A DNA stretch of 64,000 nucleotides from Phoronis australis (taxonomy: Eukaryota; Animalia; Phoronida). Location of the stretch: the NCBI GenBank assembly GCA_002633005.1, contig NMRA01000163.1, positions 342,071 to 406,070 of the forward strand. Reading direction: 5' to 3'. The translations under genes and the position numbers were made by a program. Numbering within the stretch: position 1 is the first letter of the stretch; the number at the start of each line of letters is the position of its first letter. Under the pieces are notes generated by a model. It saw only the letters and a program-made list of their open reading frames with translations, made no database searches and was not told the DNA's origin. This document shows, piece by piece, positions 39,006 to 51,000 of this stretch.

Positions 39006-42000
39006 CTGAAATGAATGACAAGTCTATGAAGAACTGCACAGCGATACACAGAAAGACAGTCCACTTACATTGTCATGAATTTTTAACAGGTCATTCGACA
39101 AGTATACAGATCTGAAAATAAGGGGACACAGACTTCAAAAGTCCAGTCCGAAGCAAGTTGAATCCTGATCAAGGATTGAGATTTGAAAATCGTGAAATCA
39201 GATCTAAAAATCTCAATTTGAAACAACGTGAAATCCATCAACCTGACTTTTTTTCGCAGTTGACAACTCCTCAGTTTGCAGCACACATCCCAAGCAGTCA
39301 CACTCATAACTGACCATGCTTTTAAAAGCAAACTTTCAACCCTAAAATCTAAAATTTCAGAGCATCGGGTTAAGGTGTGCTGCACTGCTGGTTGTCATGT
39401 CGTTTCATTACAAAAAATCACTATGTTGAATGTCATTAATGTGATGAGCGTTAATTACCACTCAGCAACCAATTCAGTTGAAACAAAATAAGACCAATTC
39501 CCACATCCCAAATTCAACTCTTCTCTTTAGCGGAGGTAGAAAAATGTAATGTATTTTATGATTCACCCAGTAGTAGGCAGACAAGTGAACGACCATTGAT
39601 TACGCTTCAATTCACTTTTCAATAATTTTGATGTCTGCTTTGCAACTCAATACGCAACAGAAAAACTTTACAGGTATCAAAGTGACAAATGACAAACTAA
39701 TTGAATGTAAACCTATAAGCAGTGCTTACCATGGCAGCAGTGGGTCTAGTGCCCTAAAGGCTCATAGCATTGTTGACCAATACCACAGTAAGGGTGTAGT
39801 AGTATTCTTGCATTAAGAGACAACCAAAGTGCACTGTTCTCACTTCAGAATTCTAAGCAGACTTTACATGGATTTGGGACAAAGGTGATTCAGATATTGT
39901 CGAAGTTTTTGGATATAAATATTTGGTGTTTCAGAGTGAAAACGTCTACTGAAATGCAAAAATCAATGAAAGCATTTTTATGGCCATAACCCTGTTAGTA
40001 CTCTAACTATGCATTTATAGAAAGTATAATTTACTCTAAGGCTTATACTTGCTTCTAACACCCGATGCCAAAGAAAATACATCAAAGCATTGTGCCCAAA
40101 CAAGCATAACCTGCATTCACTATGCCACAGTTGTTGTAATTTGCATAACAAGAGAAAAATCTGGCGATAGTTTTGGATTTCTAACACAAGGACACGTGTC
40201 AGGCTGAGAACATGACCTGGAATTCCTCATCGTGACAACTAAGCACACTTGAGGAATTTCCTGTCAAATGGCTCAGTGCAAGCAGAATTCACCACGACAG
40301 TTACACATCACAGTGCCATCATGATGTGTACGGTATTCTAAGACAGCATTAACAGCTAAATTACGTCATGACAAAAATAGGCGTGTAACAATGAAAAAGG
40401 AAACGTTTACTTATTATAATATGTTGAGATATTTAATTAATATGACCCATTTCACTCACTTGTGGCTTTCTTGAAGCATGGAGGCTAACTCCTGCATCTG
40501 TGAGAACTGTTTCAGGCGAATCTTCAACATGTCTACTTCCTGCTTGAGAACACTGTTTTGCTGCATCAGTTCATCTACAATTACGACAAAGCAACACTAA
40601 CAGTAAATATCCTAGAGCATAGTGCCGTGTCTTCATGTCGACATGATAAACAAGATTGTTAGTTTTCAAAATAAACTAGACAGACTTCAACAGAACTCTG
40701 CCAGAATTGGACAAACTTGGAAAACACCATGCCAGAAATAATTGGGAGTTGAGTCGAAATTTTGTCTGGCACAATGAATAGTGCTTTTGTTGAACTTTTG
40801 ACTGAGAGTTTAATGTGACATAGCATCTAGCCGCTAATTGTATATTCATGTCATGGACTTGTCCAGTATGTTGTTGTGATTTCGACAAATGTGGATGGGG
40901 CAAAACATGTTGGAGCTTTGTTGAGATTTAGCCAGAAATGAAATGGTCTCCAGTAAAAAATATATGGATATAGTCACGGATTTGTGCACCGGAACTTTGT
41001 CGAGTCTCGATGCTGCCCACTTTGAAAACTAGCCGCAGATATAGGGTAACTTAAAGCGGTTAATAACTCGCCTTTTGTCACAAAAAATACTTTTGTTTTA
41101 GTACACTTACCATTATGAACTTGCTCTAAAATTGATCCTTAGTCATTACACAGGTAAATTATCATTAGTCATAATGCAGGTAGATGATCTTTAGTCATTA
41201 TTCAGGTAAATAATCCTTTGTCATAATGCAGGTAGATTATACTTAGTCATCATACAGGTAGACGTGATTTCTAAAAGAACTAACAGTTCGCTATTGCATT
41301 AGGCCAGGCTTAAAAAGTTGACTTGCCATGGCCTAGAGCAACAACAAACTCAGTTCTTCGAAAGACCCAAAATCACTTCTTAACTGAGAAGTTGAGACCA
41401 AGTTTGTACGTGGTCTTAAAAGTAGGTTTCTTCCATGGAACGCGGTTTATAGATCTGACATTTTGATAAGGAGAAAAATGCTACCTCGATGTTTTAGTTC
41501 CTATATCTGGCCATAATGTTGAAAACAGTGAAGAATAGGGCAAAGTACTCAAAAGGAACAGATGCAAATTGCTCCTTTACAGGATAGCCCAATTTTTCAT
41601 TTTCATTCTAAATTTAGCATTTTACGACTGACATTTCTCACGTCTACAGGGATTATTTACAGCAGTCCTGGGAATTTTTTTTGACACCTATACAAATCAA
41701 ACTAGACAACACACAACGCAGCAGAGGAATAAAATTTGTTGCCTGAGGTATTTTTTTCCACAAATTAAAGTGGTGTTTCTGCAAAAAATGGAATGCAGTT
41801 GTGAGGTATTTGAAAGAATAGTCACCTGGTCAAAGGGCAAATGACCGTTTGGCTGGTTAAGTACAGGAGGGACCATCTGAAATCTCAGATTTTGGTAGGC
41901 AGGACCAGTAGATATTACTGGTCAAAGATATTTTTAAATGAATTTTGGGTGGTTGCATTCCAAAGTAAATAAAAATTATTGGTGGTGGATTAGAAAAACA

Positions 42001-45000
42001 AAGTAAAAATATGGAAGGCGGGTGAAATAATTGGTTTTTCCCCCTCAAAAATGGATTTCACTGGCTTTCCCCCTTCACATAAATGGATTTCACTGGCACA
42101 GCCTTAACTCTAAGATTCACTTTGCAAATTCATACCGAATTTTTTCTCAGTTATGACATAATCAAGTAAAACAGTCATAAATTTGCGACTTTTTAGTGAA
42201 ACACACCCCCTGGTGAGAAGCCCAACTGACCAGTGTGTGATCTATCCCCTGATCCACTGCGCACAGTTGTTCCATGGAGTCCACCACCAGCCAATAGCGT
42301 CTCAGAGTGTTCCAGTCGTTGACGTAACGAGGTGTTCTCCTCGTAAGCCTTCTTAAGTCTCTGTTGCAGTGCCACCTGTGAATAATAATGAAAACATTAC
42401 TGACTTAGTATACTTCAAAGTTGGGTGCCAAATTAGAGAGGCACTTTACTCGACTCATTGGTATCTTCAGGAACAAGTGCATGTTCTAAAAGTGCGGCTC
42501 AAATCGATACAAGCATGCACTCATATTGATATTGTGCAGATTTTTGAGAAATTTCAGTAAAATCATAAAGTACTGTGGAATAAACTTCTTATTTTCAAAA
42601 ATTCCCAATTTTGAAATGGATTGCTTCATTTGCAGTGATTTTGCTAGACAGAATATTTAAGAACACCAAGCTGTACAAGAATTATTAAGTGTCAAACATG
42701 TGGTATCTAAACTGCTGGTAATTGTGGATATTTCAACTTAGTCTTAGCTATTAAATACCAAATATTTTACAAATTGTATCTTTTAATTAGTTTCACACAA
42801 TATCTTTTAATACATTACTAGGATGGTTAAGTGCCTCTTAATGCGCGAGCTGTTCAGGACGGCTTAAATTGATTTTAATAAATGTGGCAAATATTTGTCT
42901 TTGCCTATTCTTCATATTGCTACAGATCACATTACATGAAGCCATGATCACGTCACATGTCAAACATCGAGATTTCTTTCAGTTTGCAGTCACAGTACTA
43001 AGATGTACATCCACACAAAAAACAAAAAATTGAAAATCATATAAAAAATAAATTAAGCTTCTGAATAACGCATGGTCCCAACCTCATTACACACAGATGT
43101 TGTGGTATTACAAAATTGCTAATATTTATAGTTCTAAGTTGTCAAGTTCAAATGACATGGTAATAAACTAAACAATGACACTACTTCGCAACTCCCCGTC
43201 ATTCCCATTTCACATCGTCACACCTTTTTGTCCTCCCAACCCATCAGGTCTGCCCTTCTCGTTAACAGTACAAGGTACACACTGGTTCAGATGCTAAAGC
43301 TTATAAATGGTAGAAGTTGACATCAATTCACTCACAGTCTGACTTTGAGTCTGTTCTACTGGTTCTTCACGTTGCTGGCAGTCATTCAGCTGTTCCTGTA
43401 ACAGCCGGTTTTCTTGACCTAGCTCTTGGTTCTGTTGCTGTAGTTTAGACACTTCTCCAGAGAGGGGGTTACTGCCTAGGAACTCGGTGAAAATGGCATC
43501 TGCTTGCTCTGTTGAACAAACGGAAGATTCACACCACTTGCTGGGGTGTGTCAACTTAAAGAATTTCACCAAAAGTACACATTGGCAAGATGGTAAAACA
43601 AACACTGGACATTTCCCATATTAAGCAAAACACACACAGGTCAGGTCTTCAATGAACTCGGGCAAAGTTTCGCAGTATGATTGTTCCAGCACTCAGCCAT
43701 CCACCAGATACCTGTAAGTCGGGTTACAATATCTCTGTCTAGTCAACTCCAATTTATGCGAGTTGCATCAAATGAAAAAGCAAGAGTTGTACTGAACACA
43801 GGTATTGCATGGCAGCTGGTGTGATAATGCTGTTATTAGCTAGAATAAAGATGATAAAGCAAGCAACCCACTTAAAGGGGCAATTTCTAGTTCTTTCTCC
43901 CCACCTAAAATGCATGGGGTAATAGGAACCAAGGTAATTCAACCACAAGAGACACAGCTCAAGCATTTTTACATCACAGCGAAAGTCACCTCCATCCCCA
44001 ACTGTAACAGTAAGTACAGTTTGGCATGTAGACTAGAAGATTGACACAGCTGATCATGGCCACACTTACTTGTAAACCTCTTATTCCTGTGTAGAGACTT
44101 GGAACCATTCCAATACTTATCCACTAAGTCAAGTAACTTGGACAGAAACGGATACTGGTTCTCTGAGCTGTCTGACTGGGCACTGCTGGAGGGCTGGAAT
44201 CAATAATGCCTACATTCTGTTGCTGTTCTATTTCTGACAATTGACTCTTGAACGTGACCTCCGACTTAAATACATCTAACTAGGCAGTAACCTGCTCAAC
44301 CATTAGGGTAAACATGCACCATCACTCCTTGACTTTCCAGTTTCCATCCCAAGCTTAAAAGAGCCGTGGGTGTTGATACAATTAAGCACATTTATAAGGA
44401 AAGCTATGTAGATCTTGCAGCTGATAGTTAATGTTTCTGAGACACCAAACCCCAGTCAACACAAAAACATGTGAATGATGTAATCTCAAATGTTCCAAAC
44501 AAACACATGATAGTCATACAGATACTTTTTGAATATTGGGCATTAGCTAGAGTTGCAAAACACTTACATAAACTTTGTGAGCTGTGTTAGACTGGGAAGG
44601 TTGGTAGGACAGGTCTTGCGAGGACTGGCCTGTGAACAAAAACAGTATTCTCAACTCAATGACCTAACACACACAAGGCATTAAATACACAAACTTGGCG
44701 TTACACAATTCAAGTCACTTGACTTCCAGTGAATCCTGGAAAATGTAGGAAAAACCTGCCTTGTCTTTTCCCAGGTATTAGAATGGTTATATAACATAGA
44801 CAACTAAACTTCAGCTACAATAACTTGTATTCGTGCAAGTTCTAGGTATGAAATGAAAACACTGTCAATTCTCGACTTGCCTGAATTGTTCATTCATACA
44901 GGACACAAAACACAACTGCCACAGTGATGACCAGCTTAAAGTCTTCAAGAATCGCTGAGATTTTTATGGTCTGCACAAGAAACTATTAAATGTCTCACAA

Positions 45001-48000
45001 CCTATCACATGGTTTACTGAGGATTTCACAGTTAAATGGTGGGAGTTACACAAGACTGAGATTATGGAATGAAAATGATCTGAATTATTATGACACAGAA
45101 ATAAACTACAGGATCTAAAATGTACGGTTTGTGGCAAGACCGGCTCGTCCAAATGTCGGTTCAACAAGAGCTGCAAAACAACATGTTGTGGAAATCGAAG
45201 ACATTCCATGAGTCCACTAAAAACAGCTCACCAAAGAGACAATTTATGAGCTAAAGAAGCAGAGAAAATGAACTTCCATTTATTATAAAATGAACCTCCA
45301 TTATAAAATGAACCTCCATTATAACAAGAGCAACGCGGAGCGTTGAAATGCGCCCACGAATGCATTGCAAATGGTGTGCTTTTAGGGTTATTTAGTATTT
45401 GTATCATAAAAATGGCCACTGGATGGGGCAAAAACATACAATCCATTCAAAAACAGGAACATGCCATATTTCATAAAAATCTGTCAAGGAACTTCAGAGA
45501 AACAAAAGAAAACAGAATAAAGTGAAATTGCCACTAGTGGGCACAGTGTCCGTTGGATCCGCCTGAAAGACGCCGTCGTCTGTTGTTATCTCCATTATAA
45601 ACACACAACTTACTAAATTTAGTAAAGATCCTGCAGTGGGTTTAAGAGATACAACTATGGGCGCGAAACAAAACTGCCACAAGCAGGCACCACAGTAGTC
45701 AGTCACCATCATCAAACGTCATCTTCACACTAAGAACATATATGCCAATTGTCAAATGATTTGGTTGAAAATCATCATCAACCATCCACTTTACAGTAAG
45801 CACATACATGCCAATTTTCACAATCATCCTTTGAGCGGTTTGTTTGATAGAGGGGTGGACGCAAAAAACACTCGAAAACAGTAAAAATGGCCACTAGGTG
45901 GTGCAAACTATGTCGAATCCATCCATAAACGGAAGGATAGCGTCATCTCACCAATAGGTGCCTACATACCGAATTTCATGAAAATCCGTTCAGGACTTTT
46001 GAAGATAGAAAGGTAAGCGTAAAAAAATTAAAATTGCCACTAGGGGGCACACCGGTAATCGTATCCGTCCGAAAGTTCGCTCATGCCATCCCATTCATGA
46101 ATGGAACATATGTGCCGAATTTCATGAACGTATGTCAAAGGGTTTTGGAGATAGAGGAGCGGACGCCGGATGGACGCCGCCCGGACGGACCGACGGACGG
46201 AGATGATGGCATAATGCGTCCACATATAAATGTGTGGGCGCATAAAAAGCAGAAATGATCACGTGGCATTGCTTTTAATGCCCAATATTACAAGATTTCA
46301 TGTTTTTTCGTCTGAAAGTAGCACACATGGTTACATGTGAATACAACAGCACTGTGACCACATATCACATGCTACTGTAGTCTTACAAACGCACACTTGT
46401 GAAGTCATTTGAATTGAGTATGGTTTCTACACGACGCATTGTTGGAAACTAGACTTTAACCAAGAGACTTTTAATTAGCTGAAAGTCCGCCCAGATGATT
46501 GGCAATTCTTTGTGTCACAGAGAGGTGTTCAATACAAAGACTATCTGAATGGAGACTTTTGCAATAATTAGGAAACCATTTTTCTATTCAGGGTTCAAAA
46601 TCATAAAGTTCCCATCAGATAACATTAGGGAAAAGTCATACAACAACAATGTAACTATCCACATTCCAGTTTTTAAGTTAAAATAACATAGGTCTAACAA
46701 TAGCAAAGCTTGAAACATGCTGCTCGTTACATAAAGATGTTGATGAATTAAACTATTTAATATGTATTACCAGAGAAAAGGCAGTCTCACCTTTGCTCTT
46801 GACTTGGTCATCTGGTGGCCGTGGATGTGGCGTAAATGTGCCATGGGACTTATAGCTTGTGTACGCCTCTATCTCATCCTGGTACTTCAGGTTGGAGTCC
46901 TTTCTAGGTGTACCCACCACAGAACTTGCCCTTTGGGTTAAAAGAAAACAATTGCCGTATTTTCTCAAACAATACTATATACAAATTGAATATGCAGATG
47001 GCGCGTTCATTGACGATAGTCTATCGTGAGATAGTCGCTGTGTGAAATGTCAATAGACAATGAGAACGGTAAGTATTATGGTGACAAAGATATTATCTTT
47101 TAAAAGCACCATGTAATGCCACCTTTAAAAACAAGTGTTGTCAGTGGTTCATGTTATGGGGTGTAACTCCTTAACTAATTTTTAAATACAAAGTTTTAGC
47201 GTTCTTAATTATGGTAATACACCAGCCTGACTGGAGTCCACGGATTATTTTAATGGAAGACTGACCGCCAATAGGAAGATTTCTTCCAATTTGAAGTTAA
47301 TGAGAGTGACCCTACTTGGATAACACTGCATGCCTTTGGGATTTTAAGTTTCAGACATTTTGAAGGTGCATGCCAATTATGACTGCAAGATGGTTCGCGA
47401 AACAAAGTGAATCCTAGGCATGCATTCCCTGGGTCTGATCTTTCTCAGCAAAACATATCCGCTCAGATTATTTAAAAGGATTCTTATTCATTAAGTGTTA
47501 TTTTGCACTTGGTTTCCCCCAGGGTTTGTACCACAAATTTTAGAAAACTTGGACAAATTTTGACAATATTGGTGAACTTTTTGAAAACAAGTAATATACC
47601 TGCTGTGAGATTGTGATGGTGACAGCTCCTCCTGGTGTTGGCGACGAGAACTACTCACAGGAGCAGACTCTCTGGCCTCTTCAGATTCCATTTGATGAAC
47701 AGCTACAGAATAGATCAAAGCACTCGTTAGTTTAGAGTCTACAACCAATTACCAGTTAGCAACCATTTACAATTATCGCCATTTTCAGAAGTGCATGGAA
47801 CAAACTCACACTTTTACCGACCAGCCCCCAAAAGTGTAAAAAACTTTAATATTTTCGTCGATCGGGACTGACTAAATTGTAAGCTGAAGGTATACATTGG
47901 CCAACAAAAGTGCCTGGATGACAAAGAATAATAAAAATTTCAAGTTATTTGTTGTGTTATTAATACATTTTACGAAGCAATAGATAAGGCGTTGAAATTT

Positions 48001-51000
48001 AGTCTTTTCGCAATCACCATTTTATGACTTCAAAAGCATACCCTAGCAGCAAGTTATGCCCCTCTCAACCTTATGCGTACATTTTGTACACTCATGTGGA
48101 AATAATTTTGCATGATCTCCAATGTTACTAACTAGCTGAACAAAATTAAGTACATGCCTTGGTAATGCAACACAATTGCCCTTCTCGTGACTGAACTGTT
48201 TATGGTCTGATTCTCACATGGAATTTAAGACATTATACTGAGACTGTGTATTGTATCAAAATAGGATTGCCTCTCCTTGAAAAGAAACAATAATTTACTT
48301 TGGGTTTTAACTAGTCCTACATAAATTTGAAAGTTAAGACACAAATGTATCAAATTCTCTCCATAATGATTCAAAACATTAGCAAAGAAATTTTCAGAGC
48401 TGTATATGCAGGATGTTAAAAAGTAATGCCATGAAAACATAAAAAGTTGTTGCAAACAAGCTTTGTGATGGATTTTGAGTGCAAAGAGGAAAACGTCAGC
48501 TTTGAGGAAGGATCCAGAATAAAGGAAACAGGTCTCAAAACTTGTGAATTACAAGACGAAGAATTTCTATTTTTTTCTGCAACCACATTGAAGACTCAGA
48601 AACATAACCATAATCAACATGTCAAAAGATACTTCAATAAGTACAAACTTCAAGGTATAGGTTAGGTACATTCAGCAAGTTTTTCAATCACTCTGAGGAG
48701 TTATGTAATCTTATGACATGTCTGTCATAGAACATGAAAAACTCATTCTACAAACACATGTCCGGTGAGATCAACAAGCACCCACCATCAAGCGAGTACT
48801 CTTCCTTGGCGGGCCGTGAAGCTGTAGAGCCTGTTATAGTCCTCGGTTGATTAAGGTCGCCACCAGAACGCGCTATTAGGTCGAGCATTGCCACATCATC
48901 ATCATCTAGAACTAGGAAAGTAGAAACAACATGCAGTAGAGCGACATACAGTACAAGACAAAAGTATTCAGACAAAATGACCACAATTCCACATCATGAA
49001 GGTTGGGCGGAAGCCAAATTTACCATCAAGTAGTCTTCTAATCTCCCATAATCAAGAATAAACTTAAGGGAAACTAGCAGGAAACAGTACGGTGGCTACA
49101 CCATTCTGTAAATTAGAATTTCGACATTACCACTCACTTTTGCTGCAAAGAGAGTTAGCCCTCATGGCAGTTAAATGGTCTTTTGTAACATTATTTTTGT
49201 CTTCTACTTTAGAATCAAGCGCAGCACCAGTCCTTCTTATTAAAATAATGGAGGCAAGCCAGACAAGGGAACATATGAAATGAGACGTTCTTAAAAGGAT
49301 ACCAAACTTGATTTTGGGTCTATTAATAGATACTAAAAACCACTTGCCTATGCAATTCTTTGAAATGAAATAAGGCTCTGTAACCCGCGAAGGTCTAAAG
49401 GAAAATTTGAAACTCCTTTCAAAGTCTGCTAAACAGGCAAGCATGACCTACACTTTTAGCAAATTACATAGCAACTGTGCATGACAAAGAATCCTACATA
49501 GACTCCGTCACAGGTCAACTCGACCATCAAAATTTCCCGATATTGATCAAAGACACCTTGCTCTAGACTTGTAGTTAATTACATCACCTCAGCTTGTTGC
49601 TGTTATCATTCTCTAGACAATGAGACACATCATAAACTCAGTGGAGGCAACAATAGTATTTTTAAATTTTTGTTTTGAAAGGTTTTAAATGGCATAATTT
49701 GAATAGTTCATGAAAAGTACATGTAATTAGGTTGTGAAAATGTGAATTTTAAACCTAAAATGTATAATGCTGTCACAGTATGTTCCTCTTTAATTCTGCT
49801 GGGTGTGCAACATAATTGGGCCAATTATCAAACCACCAGGCAGAGATGGGTTTTGAGGTAAACCAAGTGTCATCCCGACAATTCTTGGCATGTCAGAAAA
49901 GATCATCCACCATAATGTCCAATCTGTGGCACACGGAGTATGAGTTTTTGATTCCTGCCTTAACTTAGAAGATTGTCACCAAAGATGCATAGCAGGTGAC
50001 AGGACGGAGATTGGTGGAAATCACCAAACCATGGGTATCCTTTCAAGGTTATTTAGGACCTTAGAAAATGTCCAAGTTTGGCTGACTATTGCAAATCACA
50101 TCTCAGAAATTGCTGATCGAATTCATATGAAACTTACAGATATCCTGGCTTATTCATTGTCCTCCAAAACATTTTGTGGGAATTTTTCTTAAAATGTACC
50201 ATTTTTGTATCACAAAATAAGATTTTTATGATTTTTATACCTTAAAATTCCTTAATGAAAACAAAGCATCTTGAACATTTATATCAAACAAAATTTACTC
50301 TCTTTCTTGACACCACTGTTTTCCTATGAATGTTTGATTCTTTAAAATTTGTTAAATTGTACTTCAAAGATTTCCATGACTACCTCTCAGTAACAATGTT
50401 ACGTCATTCTACACAACAACCATCATCTATTTCCAGCACTCACCACCAGTCTTCTTCATACTGTTCACCATTTCAACACGCGGATTGGCCTTCTTCTCTG
50501 GAACAGGTTCTCTGGGACTGGGTTCAGTCAACTCGTATGCCTGTGACGTCCCAAAGTGCATCAGGGCCGCGCGCCTCTCACTGTCACGCACCCCACGGTC
50601 ATCTGAATAAAACTCAAGCACATAACAAGACAACATCTCAGATAGGAACACGGGGGTTAGTCTCCGATGAAGCGTCCAAACTCATCTCAGTGTTTGGAGC
50701 TGATGGTCATTTGCTCATACTAGAGCCACAGTGACTATAAACTCACGTTCAGTTGAGGAAGTGAACTCAGGGGAGTGAACTCTTAATTTAGACCACTTAC
50801 CACAATAAAATTGTATGCAAATGTATTTGAAACAAATTTCTGAAAACAGGACATTTTAAGATTCATTGGTCCATGCAGTGCATTTCTGTAAAATAATGAA
50901 ATGGCTCCTAACAACAAACCAACAGAATACAAGGATTGGTAAGTAGAGAAGAGCAGTATGTTTGATATAAAGTCAGGCTTATGCCGCAAGACTTGAAACA

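Noticed and set aside
41858-42107. Harbinger-like right end (ctggcacagcc-ttaa) with a short internal duplication
   Set aside because: No matching left TIR found, so the element could not be delimited.
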